Of a stretch of DNA of 64,000 nucleotides, positions 10,050 to 23,710 are shown one piece after another. The notes below the pieces were generated by a model. It did no database searches and was not told the origin of the DNA. It saw only the letters and a program-made list of their open reading frames with translations. The position numbers were made by a program, and so were the translations under genes. Source of the stretch: Peribolospora baueri (lineage: Eukaryota). The stretch covers positions 62,001 through 126,000 of the forward strand of contig JAMDHS010000014.1 in assembly GCA_029717555.1 (NCBI GenBank), read 5' to 3'. Within the stretch, counting starts at the first letter, position 1. The number at the start of each line of letters is the position of its first letter.

Positions 10050-11649
10050 TCACAACTCCGCCGCCTTCGTCCCCGTCCCCGTCGCCTTCGCCTCGTCCAT
10101 CGCTTCACCCTGCTTCAGCTCCGTTCCCTCAGCCGGGCTCGCCGTCGGACTGGGGGTGAGCCAGCCCTGTCTGCCGTTCGCGCCGAGGTCTTGGCCGTAG
10201 TCCCATCCGCGCTCTGTCCACAAGGCTTCTCTCTCCGCAAGAATGGCGGTAGTCCAGTTGCGAATGCGCGGATGGCGGACGTAAGGGGAAGAGCCGCGAA
10301 AGAAGGGCTGGAACGAGTGACGGAGAGAGAATGATACGTTTAGCCGAGCTCGGCGACGACAGAGGATGACTGTATGCGTAAGGACGCTCACCTGCAAGTC
10401 ATCAATGCCGTGTCCTAAAAAGACGGACGGGGTCAAGTTGGAGACGCTCTCAAGTCAGTGGAGATCGGGATGGAGTAGCCGTACGTCGTAGAAGCTCACT
10501 CCTCTCGTATTCGACAGCTTGCAAGCATAGTTCAAAGCGGTCGAGGTCCTTAACGACCTTCGCTTCTTTTGTCTTGCCCTCTTCGTATTCGTTCCACAAC
10601 CTCTCTATACGGAGCGCCGCCGGCGACCTCCTCAACAGATCATTGACGTAGTGCTGGATAGCAGCCTGGTGCAGGCTCGAACGAAAGCGAAGGAGCAAGA
10701 CGAAGAGGTCAGCTGAAAACGCACACGCACAAGGCAGACATCCTCAGCACATTCTTACGCACTTCTTCCCTCCTCTGCTTCTCTTCTCGGGTCACACCAT
10801 CTTCGGGGGTGATATCTCCGACGCTAGCCTCCGCCAGATCGTGGACCAGGGCCAGCTGGACGCATCTTTCAAGGTGGGCGAGTGCGTTTACATCAGCTTC
10901 TCTTACGCCAAGTGAGTTTCGGTGTGAGACCGAGACCCACTTTGCAATGTCCATGTCCTTTTCGGGTAGCAACATGGACAGCATGGCCATGCGGTACATG
11001 TGGTCGGATATACTGATGGGCCCAGGACAGACCGCCGGCAAAGGATGGTCAGAACAAGCAAAGCGGCCATCACAAAGCAGAACTTCCGCGTCTCCATAAG
11101 GGGGCAGAAAGGTCTATCATTGTCCCCCCGATATCTTCCTAGAGGGTGTCCTCTCGAGGAAGAGAGTGCGTCGTCGGTGTACTCACGATTCGGCCTTGCC
11201 CTTCTCTACTCCCTGTCGCACCCATCCGGCGCGCTTCTGAGTCTGAGCAGCGAAAAGTGCCCACATTGTTCAGTATGGTGTACAGATGCAGAAATTCGGC
11301 GACCGGCACCTTCCCGGATCCAACAGAAGGAGAGCCTCAGTGCTCAGCCGAGCTCAGCAAGCTGGAGGCATGGGCCGAAGCACAGCAACGAAAGAAACGG
11401 ACAAAGGAAACGCACTTTGAGGCCTTCCAGGACGTGCATAAACTCGAGAACGCCTTGCCTCGTCTCCTCCTCCTCCTTCTCCGTCTCGCCATCGTCGCAG
11501 AGCGCCAAATCGGCCGCGGGGACCTTGAAGTCCGGCAGGCGGGCGGGCACGTCGAGGCTGAGCTTGGAAGAGGATGCGGAGGCGGAGGGGGGGGCGGAGG
11601 CCATGTCGGAGGAGGTTGCGGAGGGGAGAGGCGAGATGGACGTGGTCAT
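10050..11649 (-). CDS. HD-domain 5'-deoxynucleotidase (HDDC2/YGK1-like)
   Basis: [60 protein letters not shown]. Confidence 0.9.
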
Positions 11650-12239
11650 GTTGGAGGGGACAGAGAAGGGAGAGGAGGAGCTGTGCTGAAGATGGTGGAC
11701 CGTCTAGATAGATAGCCTGCCGTGTTTCGCGCTACCACGTCGGCGACTTCTATCTCCTATTCAACCCACTCCGTGCCGATGCCGCCCGTAGACACGAATG
11801 TCGTAGACAAAGCAAGGCGAGCAATACAAAGGAAGATGAACTAGACTTAACATTTGCGCTGCGGTAAACGTCGGTGTGGGCCCGATCGGGTAGGATCTTC
11901 AACACAGCAGCAGGTAGATAGATAGATAGATGACACCGCCGGCTCGGCACTCACTACGACGGCAATACCCCTGGTTGATAAGAGCGCCGCCATGTCATGC
12001 GTCCGTCCCCGGCCAACATGCTTGCCCCCAGGGCGGCACTCGCAGACCGGACCGACTGAAAGAGATGGAGATGGAGATGGATGCACAGAACCGTTCTGAC
12101 CTGACGTCGGTCTCGCTATAATGTACAGTCTGGAAAAGTCGGTAGCTACAAGTCCGAGTGGCATGCACGACGCTCGACGGGAAACGCCGGGAGATGGACG
12201 CGGGTCCACATGAGAACGTTCACACGGTGACCCCGCCAT

Positions 12240-14687
12240 TCATCTCCCGCCTTGCCGCTCCTGGTTCGGCTGGGCGCTCAACAAGCTCGTCGTCTCATCA
12301 CTCTCCGCTCTGCTCACACCGCCGCTGACGACCTCGTGCTCCTCCTCTCCCGCATCCCTCCACCCACACCACCATGGCGGCCTGACGACGCCGTTGAAGG
12401 CGAACGTGCCGTAGACGACCATGGCGAAGCCCATGATCTGTAGAGTACCAGAGCTGAGACGGAGGATCTCCCAGCCAAGGAGTAGGCTCACGAGCCAGAC
12501 GCCCAGGGTACGACAGGTGTCGATCGTAGAGCGAGCCGTGGCGGAGACGGAGCGAGTGACGGACAAACCGAAGAAGTTGAATAGGGCAATGGAAGTGGCT
12601 GGAGACAACAATGGCGGCAAGTTCGAATTGAAAGTGGTAGATGATTTGGTGAGTGCTTCAGCTAGATCCTCGAGACGCCCAAATTTTCACCAAGAAAGCA
12701 TTCCTCACCGACGGCAACAGACGAGTACAGAATCGGTTTGCTGCCAGTAATCTGACGCCAGCCGGCAGGAACATCGAAGCTGGAGGCGCAGAGCCAGGCG
12801 ATCATCAGCTTTCAACTTTCTCGTTCTGGCATCAGCACGGCAAAGACAGACCGAGACCGGCCGTAATTGAGAGCTGCAACACTCACTACCCTCCCTTTCC
12901 TTTCTCAGTCGTGCCGATAGCATAGTGAAGGAACGGCATCGCAGCCAGCGTGGTGAGAAGACCGAAGACGCCTTCGTAACCGACGGCAAGAAGCGGCTCC
13001 ACGCTGTAGCGCGACATGATCTTCTCCTCTAAAACAAACTGAGACGCGGTGAAGATCTGAGCGAAGAGGATGAGAAGAACGCCTAGGGGTGGACAGCGTA
13101 CAAGTAGGTAAGCGAATGGCGCGAGGTCAGCGGCACACGTATGAGGATACAAGCGAATAAAGGCGGCTGCATGCACACACGCACCAATGAGAACACGAAT
13201 TGCTTCGGGCAAGTCCTCTCCGATCTCCACCTCGGCTTCTCCATGCACCCCATCTCCGTCAACGAGTGGAACGTCTTGCGAAGCTGACGCCTCCTTCGCG
13301 AACAGAACTCCGCTGAGACCGACGACGGCGACACCGGACATGACGGTCACGAGGGCAACCCATTGATGAAGCTTGAGATGCCTGCGCAAGAAAAGCACTG
13401 AGAACAGCCCTACCCAGAGAACCTAGAATAAGGCAGCGGAAGACGAGAGACGTCTTGATGAGTATCTGTATGCAGTCGCGGGTCAGAGAGCGATAAACGG
13501 TGACAGCTCACGAGTGCGCCGCGGGTCATTTGGTAGATGGAGACGGGAGTGAGGATGAGGCCAACGTTCATAAGCTGTAAAGACGTAACCGAGTAGGAGT
13601 GATGAGTGAGCAGGACACAGTAAAGGCGGCGCCTCGAGATGCGCTTTCTTCCCCACTGCTGTCTGAAAACCTGATCGCATCAACTCACCGTCGTGCCGCA
13701 AATATCACAAACGGCAGGCAACCAGAACAAGCCCACCTCCCAGCCATGCATATGCTCTCCCTTCTCCTCATCATCTTCGAGGACCGTGCCCACGCCATCA
13801 GAGCGAGAGTAACTCGCAGGCGACGGATCGGTGTATGCGTTACCGGGGCGCCTATGACCCTGTCGACCATTAAAAACGCCCACCACGCTTGCGTTGTCAA
13901 GAGAGCCGCGACCGGAGTCTGCCCCCGAGGCATCGTACACGTCGTACAGCGTTCCCTCTGGCGAGATCTCTCCCGGCCGAGTAGCGCGGCCAGCAATCTC
14001 CGGAGGGGGAGCGACGACGGCGTCTGCGTGGCCGTGAGCGCCATGAACGTGGACGCGGTGGTGACTTCCGTGGTCATCTGCCCAGGGGTTGTGCGAGAGT
14101 TCACTCCCATTACCGTGTTGAGAAGAGGCGAGGGAGGAAAGAGCTCGGCTTCCAGACCGGACGGAGGCGTGCTCCTCCTCTTCCCCGAGAGCGACGCCCG
14201 AATCGTGGGCCGGAGCCGCGGGGATGGGTAGATATGGCCCTTTAGCAGGGCGTTGATGAGAGGGGGAGCGCTCGCGGAGGCGGATGAGGAACTTGTGGAG
14301 GAGGATGACGAGGAGGCATAAGCATTCTCCTACGAACATGTTGACGCTGCCAGCCAACAGGACCGGGAGAAGCATTGAGTTAGAAATTACTCGAATAAAT
14401 GAATGAAACGGTTACTCACGTTTGCCACACCGGCTGTTCGTAGTCCTTCCTGTGTCTCGGGTCGGGATCGTCCTGGCAGCAGTGGGATCGATATAGATAA
14501 CCACGAACATCAGTGTCCGGGAGGGCGGTGACGAGGGGACACAGGATCGCTAGTAGCAAAAAGAGCTACTCACACAGTTCTCCACGCATTGGAGATCCTG
14601 ATACTTGGACAAGAGAGAATTGCAGACGCCGGAGATGAGCATGCCGCCCACGAGGACCGGCACGAGGGGGCGAGCGGTTCGCGCCAT
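12240..14687 (-). CDS. SLC35F6-like DMT/nucleotide-sugar-transporter-family membrane protein
   Basis: GMLISGVCNSLLSKYQDLQCVENC; EQPVWQT; FWLPAVCDICGTT; IYQMTRG; AQIFTASQFVLEEK; GYEGVFG; FNFFGLSVTRSVSATARSTIDTCRT. Confidence 0.9.
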
Positions 14688-15302
14688 GACGTAGGATGCA
14701 GCGGCGAGGTTGTCCTAAGGAGCTGTGAACCGAGATTGGAAATAAAGACAGCGAGGGAGACGAAATGGGAGAGAGACAAGGAGAAAAGGAAAGTAGAACA
14801 GAGAGAGACAAAGAAAGAGAGACGAGCAGGCAGAGAGACGCGGTCGATGTCGATGGTTGTGGTGGTAGTAGTCGGCAGGGTCCGCGGCGAGCTGGGTCGG
14901 CTGATACGCCCTGGCCAAAGGGGCACGCCCGTTGATAGATACGCCAGTATACGATACACGAGTACAGATTGTAATGTACTCGAGCACATATTTTACTTAC
15001 GCCGCCCCGCAGTGATCGGGCATTGAATACAATACATCTTGTGAGCACTGCGGCCGATTGATGGCATGCAGCGCCCCTGATGCCTTCGGCCAGCTCCTTT
15101 CCGTCCAACGACGACCGCCTCTAGCTCCCTACATATTCCCAGCCTCCCGCCCCGGTCGCCGCTAGACTCTTCCAGCCCTCCTCCACTCCCACCTTTTCAG
15201 GCCCGACGCAATCCCCCTGGACAGCAGCTTGGACGCGAGGGAGAGGTACCAACCAGCGTTTGCAGGGAGCGGGCCGAGGCTATGAAGAAAACCATTGATG
15301 CG

Positions 15303-15326
15303 ATTGATTGATTGATTGATTGATTA
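15303..15326. repeat. (GATT)n microsatellite
   Basis: gattgattgattgattgattgatt. Confidence 0.9.
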
Positions 15327-15955
15327 TTCTGTATAAAGTCTGTGATTACAGGCCGATATCGACCCGCCAGCAAGAGGCTAGGCAACAACTGTCAATGAAT
15401 GCATTGCGAGCGCGTCGCTCTTCTTTTCCCTTTTCTTTTTGATGTTTCCGAAACTTGTGGCTTCGGTTTCAATTGTAATTCGGCCCTTTCAAGTCGGCCG
15501 TCTGCGAAGCGAAATAAGAAGCGCTTTGCAAACGTCGAGATCGAATCGCCGTTTTGCTGAAGATACCCGGGCCTCACACTAGGTATAGATTGGAGATGCC
15601 TGGGGACTGCAGGGAAACGTCCTGCGAGCAGGACGCGGGAGGTCATCGGGGGCTGCCTGTCCGAGTCAGGCCTCCACTGCTCGTCTCGTTCGAGGTTAAA
15701 CGCACAATACATACGAGAATGAAGGAGGACGTGAGAAACCGCGTCTGCGCAATCGTCGTCTCGCATCTCTTTCATCGCGGAAGGTGAAGCTCATTGGGCG
15801 ACGGAGGTGCTCACCAGAGATGGTCCGCGCCGTGAACTGAACCAATCGGGGCTTTATAGGCGATGCGATTGAAGGACACAGCCGAGCCGCAGCCGATCGA
15901 CTTTAAACCGTCCATCGTCGACCTGTGCTCGTTCTTGCACTCCCCGTCGCTCGCC

Positions 15956-18900
15956 ATGTCGGTAGATATCGAAGGGCTACCATTGGAGACGCTCGTCGAA
16001 ATCGTCACCTACCTCAGCGACCCTACGAGCTTCGCCTTGACCTGCCGGCGCTTTTACGAGCTGACAAAGGACCCGTACGTGCGAGCCAAGTACTTCTTGG
16101 CCCATCATGGGCGCATCGAGGCGTTCTTCATGGCTCTCAATCGACCCAAGTTGCTCAGCAAAAAGGTGATCGAAGTGAGTATAGGAAGCGGAGGGCAAAA
16201 TGTCGGTGTTGGAGCTGAACTAATGTCTTCCTCGGCACATTTTACAGCTCCTGCTCAGCGGAGGGGCGATTCTCTCCCGCTATCTCCTACAAACCCTTAT
16301 CAGCGTGAGGACTGCCCACTGAATTGTGTCCTTTCAGACCAGTCCTGATCGCCTCCGTATCTACCAGACCTACACTCGCCAATGCGTCCACTGGCTCCAC
16401 AAAGGCGAGAACCTAGCGAGATATCCCAGAACATACCGATGCTCACCCTTCATTTTGCTGCCTCCCATCAGGGAAGTACGTGAACTGGGGCAAGCCGGCG
16501 GCTCTTCCATTTCCCATTTTTTCGGCCGTTATCGCAATCGGAGGGGAGCTGGTGAGTTTTCAGAAAGCGTTGACGGTGTACCAAGGCACCTGGCTTAGAC
16601 CCACTTCTCCCTTGGTCCCCCTCAAGTTTGGGAACTTGGATCCCGGCTGGCGCCGAGACGATGGCACTATCTTCCTCGATTGGTTTTACGAAGGCACGGG
16701 GGTTTACCCACATAGGCAGCAGCGGGTTTGGGCGGACGTTGAGGATATCATGGTCAACGGAAAGGTGAGTGTGAATTTCATGGCGTATAAATGGTAAGCA
16801 GGTCTCTGTGAGTGAATACTCCTCGCTTATCTTCCTTTTCCGCTCACAGTTCATTCCATTCACGCAGAGAGACCCACTTTACGACAAATACCCGCGCGCC
16901 TGTGCTCGCGAGCCACGGTTTCTCCCGTTGGCAAAGGCGAACGGATTCACCATCGATGACGAGTATCGTGACTACTTAATGGCTCGCTTGTTCAGGTGCG
17001 CACGTGAATGCCAGCCGGCGTCCGCATGTCAGAGCGTTGGCGCTGATCCTCGGCTCTCGCGCCATAGCAGTGGGGTGGACATCTCACCGGTTCCGTCTGC
17101 CGAAAGGATTGCCGCGGCCGTGAAGGAGTATCTCGACCTCCGAATGGAAGGGTGAGAGCGCATACGGGGTTCATTATTTTTCCGGGAATTCACCCACCTT
17201 CCTCCCTGCTGTATACGCAGCATATACGTCACGGAAAAGGTTGCTTCCAGTATTATCATCATGGAGGCGGACAATCAAATTGGGTACGAGGCACTCAAGA
17301 TCCTCGCCGCCGGTGACCATCTGTCGTTCGACCTACGGTGTGTCCTTTCGGCTTACCCCCAATTCCCAGACGGATTCGTCCGTTTTACTGATTGCGAACC
17401 GTCTTGGCTCCGATTCAGCGACGTCGTCTGGCGCCTGTTAAAGGGATCAAAAACGAGCTTTCTACGCCGTAACGGATACCAGGTTTTTCGGTTATTCCGC
17501 GATTTCCCGGGCCTGGATGATTCCCGGGTTGTCGAGGGCGTGTTGGTGAACGTCTTTACGAGGTTCGAAAAGTTCAAGGACGATTGGTCGCTAGAGGACT
17601 TGCACAATCATCTCCTCTACGAACTGCGTATTGAAATGACGCCAGAGAAGGTGTTTAGGGTGCTCTCCCATCCGCTGGTGCAGAATCCAGGAGAGTGCAT
17701 CGCTTATGCGACGAGATACCTCGGCATGAAGGCGGAAGACATCGCTCGAGAGGTCGTAGCTCAAAGTGTCATCAGGCCGTTCCAGGTGAGCGCGCAAAGA
17801 CGATCGGATCCTGCAGTCTTCGCTGACTCCTTTGCGGTGTTGTCGTCCTTAGGGCCAAATGATCAAGGCGAGCTGCGGGCGACGAAAGTGCATCTAAGGG
17901 GCCAGCGTTGACGACACCAGTTTTACTTGACTTCATCAGTGGTTCGCAAATAGACATGATTTTATAAAAGACGTGGTGGTCAAGGCCATTCTCCCGTACA
18001 AGCTCAGCTCGTCTATGCATTGTCTCCACGAAGGAGATATGGGCCTGATCGAGCCGGGATGCGCTAGGCCTTTGGTCAGCGCCATCTGTTGGCCGAATCG
18101 CATTGGTGCGCCGTTGTAGCCTTGCTCGTAGCAGTTGCTCCGTATTCACTTACACCATGTTCGCATGATTGTACAGGATATCACCAATATTACCGTTGTA
18201 TTGACTTCTGCGCCCTCACAACCGCAAAGATCAATAACGTAGAAGAGGAGGAACATCGTGGCGACGGCAACGGTGGTGATGACTTTGACAAGGCGAAGAA
18301 TTCTCAGTCGACATCTTTGGCGATCGAGTCCCAAAAACTTGCTTCGGCCAGGGACGGCGAGGAGACCGGCACCGACCGCCTACCCGCCACTGTGCTAATG
18401 ATGCAGACCGTGAGCCGGGCTACGTGGGATGATGTGACATTCAAAGAATCTGGTGAGGGCTGCACCCGACGTGCCCGCGTGCTTCGTCGGAATGTGCTGA
18501 AATGGGCCTCCCGCTAGGAACCGTGCCCAGTGGCATAGCCGCGCTCGACGTGCTCGGCCCCAAACATCCGGCTATGCAGATATTCTTCTCCCATGCTATG
18601 CTGAACAATAACGAGAACGTGGTAGTGAGTATCCAGCGCAGCCACTTTTCCATCGCCTCTTCCTTGATTGACTTGAACCATCTCAATTCTGCAGGTTTTT
18701 TTCTGCATGGAGGGTGTTCCGGTCACGTTGGCCCAATTCCGTCTACTCGCCAAGCTGGGCATGCAGCCATTTGAGGCTCAGTGGGACCTCATCGAGCGTG
18801 GGACTCCTTTCTTCGTCGACGAGAGGGCCTGGGCGGAAACGAGCCCAGTCAACGACTCCGAGGAAGAAGGGAGCGAAGGAGATATCCTCACTGACGACAG

Positions 18901-20015
18901 CATTGGTGGTGGCTGGGATGGGACCCGCGAGCTCAAGGGCAGAGGCACACGTGCGGAAAGCGTTGAAGGCAGCGAAGCAGGAACTTTCTCCTCACGCTCC
19001 GTTGCACCTCGTGTGTCGAAGCGGGTCGGCGTGGTCTCGTCGTCCAGTGATGCAGGCCGTAGACAACAACCACGTCGCAGTACGGGAAGGGTTTCGTACG
19101 TCGAAGTGGACTCGGACGACGAAGCCATCCGAGAGGACGACGGGATCGGGTGCTCCAGACCCAGGAGGAAGCGACCGTCCGTTTCCGTCTCCAGCGGTTC
19201 CTCGGCGAAACGAGCTCGGAAATCAACTGTCAAGGGCAAGGGTAAGGGCAAAGCTGCTGCCTGGGATGAAGATTCGTCTGGTGATGAGGACGAGCATGTC
19301 CTTTGGCCCGTCTCTCTGGAGATGAGGCAAGCTCATCGGGAGCAGGTCCAACATCTGGCCCGTTGGATCAAGAACATCACCAAGATGGTTAAGGACGAGG
19401 AGAGAGCGTACAAGAATCGCAAGACTGCTGTCCATCGTGACGAATATGGCCGACCTGAGCGTCGCGGCTATCGAACTTCATTCCACAGGAGGTAAGTGAC
19501 ATCTAGAAAAAATGACGAGAGCTATTTGAGCTGACCGGACGATCTTCCGAATGAACAGCTGTCTCGCCCATCTCCCGGCTCTCAAGAACGCGCTCACAAA
19601 CTTCCAAGCGACCATCGCTCGCGATGAACGAGCTCCACTTCCTGAAGCGTCAACGGTGGAGCAGAAGACATCAGCCCTCGCCTCGATGCCGATCTACCAG
19701 AGCGCTGATAGTAAAGATGTGCCTTCACGTGTGGCTAAGATTGCCAAAACTAGAAGCAAGCTCGTGGCGGGAGCGGACAGTCCTGCAACCACCAAGCCTC
19801 CTTCAACATGTCCCGCCGTGCAAGGCGTCGCTGGGTTCGTCAATTCTCGGCAACAGCTACAGCTACCGCCGGACAGCAGCAGCGATCTCTCCGACATCGA
19901 AGTCGATGCCGCATCGTCTGCGGACGACTTCGATACCGGAATGGCAAGAGCCATCATGGACGCTTTTCACGAAGACTGGTCCAGGGCTTTGTACGATTGG
20001 TCTCCGCGCATTTGA
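15956..20015 (+). CDS. Large uncharacterised protein with N-terminal F-box-like motif (multi-exon)
   Basis: MSVDIEGLPLETLVEIVTYL..P.SF...CRRFY is F-box-like. Exons chain in frame through 20015, with a basic/acidic low-complexity C-terminal part. Confidence 0.7.
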
Positions 20016-20593
20016 CGCTGGACAACCGCTAGACGGCAGCGTTGGCGCAAAGGATCAGGTGGAGGATGCGACGTCAGGCCGTGTTAAGGTGAGACTTGGA
20101 GATCATTGGTCTGTACGGCCTGCGGTCCCCCTTTCGGAGCGAGCCTAGTCGCATTAAGAGTGAATGTCTTCGTCGCTTGCCAAGGTCAACATGTATTTAC
20201 TCACTTGTCCGCATAACATCAGCGTTGTCTGTCGTTGTATCCTATGCGACCCTTCATTGCAATCGTCTTTAGTCGACACCGTCCTTCTTCTGTCGCCCTT
20301 ATCCTGTCCCTTGGTCGCCCTCGCTGTCCTTTGCCGCATACGCCGCGCCACCCGTTCCGCCTCCCCCGGCCAATCGCGCTGCGGTCGCCAGCGCGACTTG
20401 GCGAGGATGCCGTTGGCGTGCGACCTTGACGCTGATCCTTCTTACCATCTTCCCACACACCTTGTCTTTGCCCTTGTCTTTCGTTTCAATCTAGTCTCGT
20501 CTTCGTCTGTCACTCCTTCTCGTTGTCTTTTCCTTTCCATCCCTTTCTAGACGGCGCTCTCGCGGTCGCCTCTCTACGCTTCTTGTCTTCTCT

Positions 20594-23078
20594 ATGCCTC
20601 GACGCTCCGCTTCGCCCCCAAAGCACGCTTCTCGCAGAAGCACTCGGCTAGCCGGCGGACCGTCCACTTCCTCGGCCAGCGCATCGGATCGCGAAGACAT
20701 AGGTACGGGTGCAGTTGCCACGGCTGTCGCCACCGACGTTCGCACCAACGGCTCCGCCCACATGTTGAATCGTCGAGACGTGGGCGCCGCGGGTAACGGC
20801 GTCCGAGGCAAGATGATGGAGGACCAGCACGAGCTGGAGGAGATGGGCTATGGTCGCCCCGGAGAGGAACGAGAAGCGTTCCTCGGAAAAGGAGGCGACC
20901 TTAAGCGGGATGGCAAAGACGAAGCAAAGGCCGGCCCTCTCAGCGCCCGCGATCGAAACGCGATCGCTTTGCTCGTCGTTCTTTGTGAGTGCACGGATCT
21001 CTTTGTAAAGAGTCGGGCTTGACCTTTATGGCTCACTTCGTCTCTTATTTTCCGCTCACTGCAGATCTCCTCCAAGGCATTCCTGTTGGCCTTGCCTTCG
21101 GCTCTGTACCCTTCCTCCTCAAGTCGCAACTGTCATACTCGGAGATCGGCGTTTTCACCTTGTGCACGTACCCCTACTCTCTCAAGCTCCTCTGGTCTCC
21201 CATCGTGGACTCGTGCTTCGTCAATAGCGTTCGCGTTCCCGGAACGGGCGGTCGAAGGCTGAGCTTGGGCAGGCGCAAGAGCTGGATCGTTCCCATTCAA
21301 TTCTGCGTCGGGTGCATGATGTGGTGGCTCGGAAGGAATATCGAGAACCTCATGTTCACGGTGAGCTGCGCTCGGCTTTGGTCTCATCGCCTTTCCCCAG
21401 GCCCGCTGACGAAATCCGTCCTAATGTCTGGCATTTTTTCCCTTTCTGATACAGAATCAGCCTCCCGTCCGTTTGCTCACCGCCATCTTCTTCATCCTCG
21501 TCTTCCTTGCCGCCACGCAAGACATAGCCGTAGACGGCTGGGCCCTGACCTTGCTCTCACAAGATAATCTGTCATACGCGAGCACGGCTCAGACCATCGG
21601 CCTGAATACCGGCTACTTCCTTAGTTTCACCGTTTTCCTCGCGTTTAACAGCGTGGAATTCAGGTGAGGGTCGTTCACCTTGCTCGCATCCCGGTCTAGA
21701 TTTCGTTCTCCCTTCTGAATATCACGTCATTCTTATTCGCCTTTTCCTTCAGCAACTCCTACTTCCGCTCAACTCCTCTGGAGTACCCTTTACTTTCACT
21801 GGGCGGGTACCTCCGATTCTGGGCGCTTGCATATTTTGCCGTAACGGCTTGGCTAGTATTCGGCAAAAAGGAGGTGAGACTAGTTCTTCTTCGCAAACTC
21901 GAGCCATTGGTTGACATTCTGCTATCTCGCTCTCGACCTCAGGATCCGACCTCGTCGGACGATCCGGACATGGACATCAAAGGCGTCTACTCGATCATGT
22001 ACAGCATCTGCAAGCTCAAGCGTGAGTGGGCTTGGACCCGAGTGCCAAGGCCTACGCTGCATTTGACCTCACTTTCTGCTCTTTATCTCGATAGATGTTC
22101 AATCCTTCATCGCTGTTCATCTTGTCTCCAAAATCGGCTTCCAGGCTAATGATGCCGTGACGGGACTGAAACTTCTGGAGAAAGGCTTCAGCAAGGAGGA
22201 TTTGGCCTTGGCTGTCCTGATTGACTTTCCCTTCCAGCTTGTCTTTGGCTACCTCGCCGCCAAATGGAGCAAAGGCGAGCGTCCACTCCGTCCATGGATC
22301 GCTGCTTTTGCAGCGAGGCTTGGCTTCGCGGTTGTCGCTATGGGTATCGTGAAGGGTGTGCCAGAGGGAGGGCAAATCGGCAAGGGGTTCTTCATGGCCG
22401 TCATCGCTAGCATGGTGCTTGCAAGTTTCACCAGGTGAGTGGCCGCAGGATCATGAAATGCGAGGTTTCCAAACCCGTCCTGCCAGGCTTCTTACGTGGA
22501 CGTTCCTTGTCTCCTTTGTAGCACGGTCCAGTTCGTGGGCATCTCGGCATTCCACACACAGATCGCGGATCCCTTGATCGGTGGGACGTACATGACTGTG
22601 AGGAAAGCTTGCGCCGTTACCTGCGTCCTACCCGTCACCGGGTCTTTCACTGACAGTTTTGTGCGTCTGGACTCGCACAGCTGCTCAACACCGTTTCCAA
22701 CCTCGGCGGTACTTGGCCGCGATATTTCGTCCTCAAGGCTGTTGACTACTTCACCAAGAGCCAGTGCCGCTTGGAGAATGGCACCGAGCCGATGTTGATC
22801 CAAGGTGAGACTGCCAGCGTTCATCCACTTGTCTCTCGCCACCGTGCTCAATCGTCTCCTTTCACATAGACACCTCCGGGTGCATATCAGAGCACGGCAA
22901 GCAACTCTGCACCGCTGCGGGCGGAACGTGCGTTGTGGAGCGTGACGGATACTACATCACATCTACGATTTGCGTCGTGATGGGGGCCGCGATTCTCGCG
23001 CTGTTCATCATCCCTACGGCGCGCAAGCTAGAGCTTCTCCCGAGCGCGGCTTGGAGGGTCAAAATTTCCTCGTCATAG
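20594..23078 (+). CDS. Acetyl-CoA transporter (Acatn / SLC33A1-like MFS)
   Basis: LLQGIPVGLAFGS; YPYSLKLLWSPIVDS; RRKSWIVP; AATQDIAVDGWAL; IADPLIGGTYMT|LLNT; ERDGYY. Confidence 0.93.
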
Positions 23079-23710
23079 TCTTTCATTTGGAGATTCTGTC
23101 GGGTCGTTCTATGTCGAACGAAATTCCTGCTTGGAAGGGATCTGGTCCGCCGTCACCCGTTTTCAGTCAAATTTGCCCGCGTAGTCTGAACAGAGTCGTC
23201 CGGTGGGAGGATTGAGGATGCCCATATTAGTGTTCCACAACTTCATTCCAGCGTCGCTTCCGGGGCCGGGGGAATGGTGGCTATGCGTCTCTCCTTACTA
23301 TGACGACCAAGGCGCCAGGGGACGAGCATACACATCCTACGATGCCCTCAACGTAGGGGGCCTGCCATGGGAACACGATCGAGATGGAACGACGCCCTAT
23401 GGTGACCGAGCATTCTCCCACATGAAATTGAAAGGAACATAAGGCCATATATCGAACGAGGGAAGCTCCCATACCAAAAGGGAAGCACTCCAGTCACCGC
23501 CACAGGAAACGTTCGCCCCCTTTTCCGGAATATTTTGATAGAGAGTTCCGCAGGCAGTGGACATCGTGGATAAGGAACTCCTCTGGACGGCTCATCCATC
23601 CCATTGCCGCAGTCGGCGGTGGCTGCGATAACGCGGCGATCTTCTCGGCTGTTGACGCTCGCGCTGTTGCTTTGTCGACGCGAACGGCACCACACGACCA
23701 TCCGCACAAG

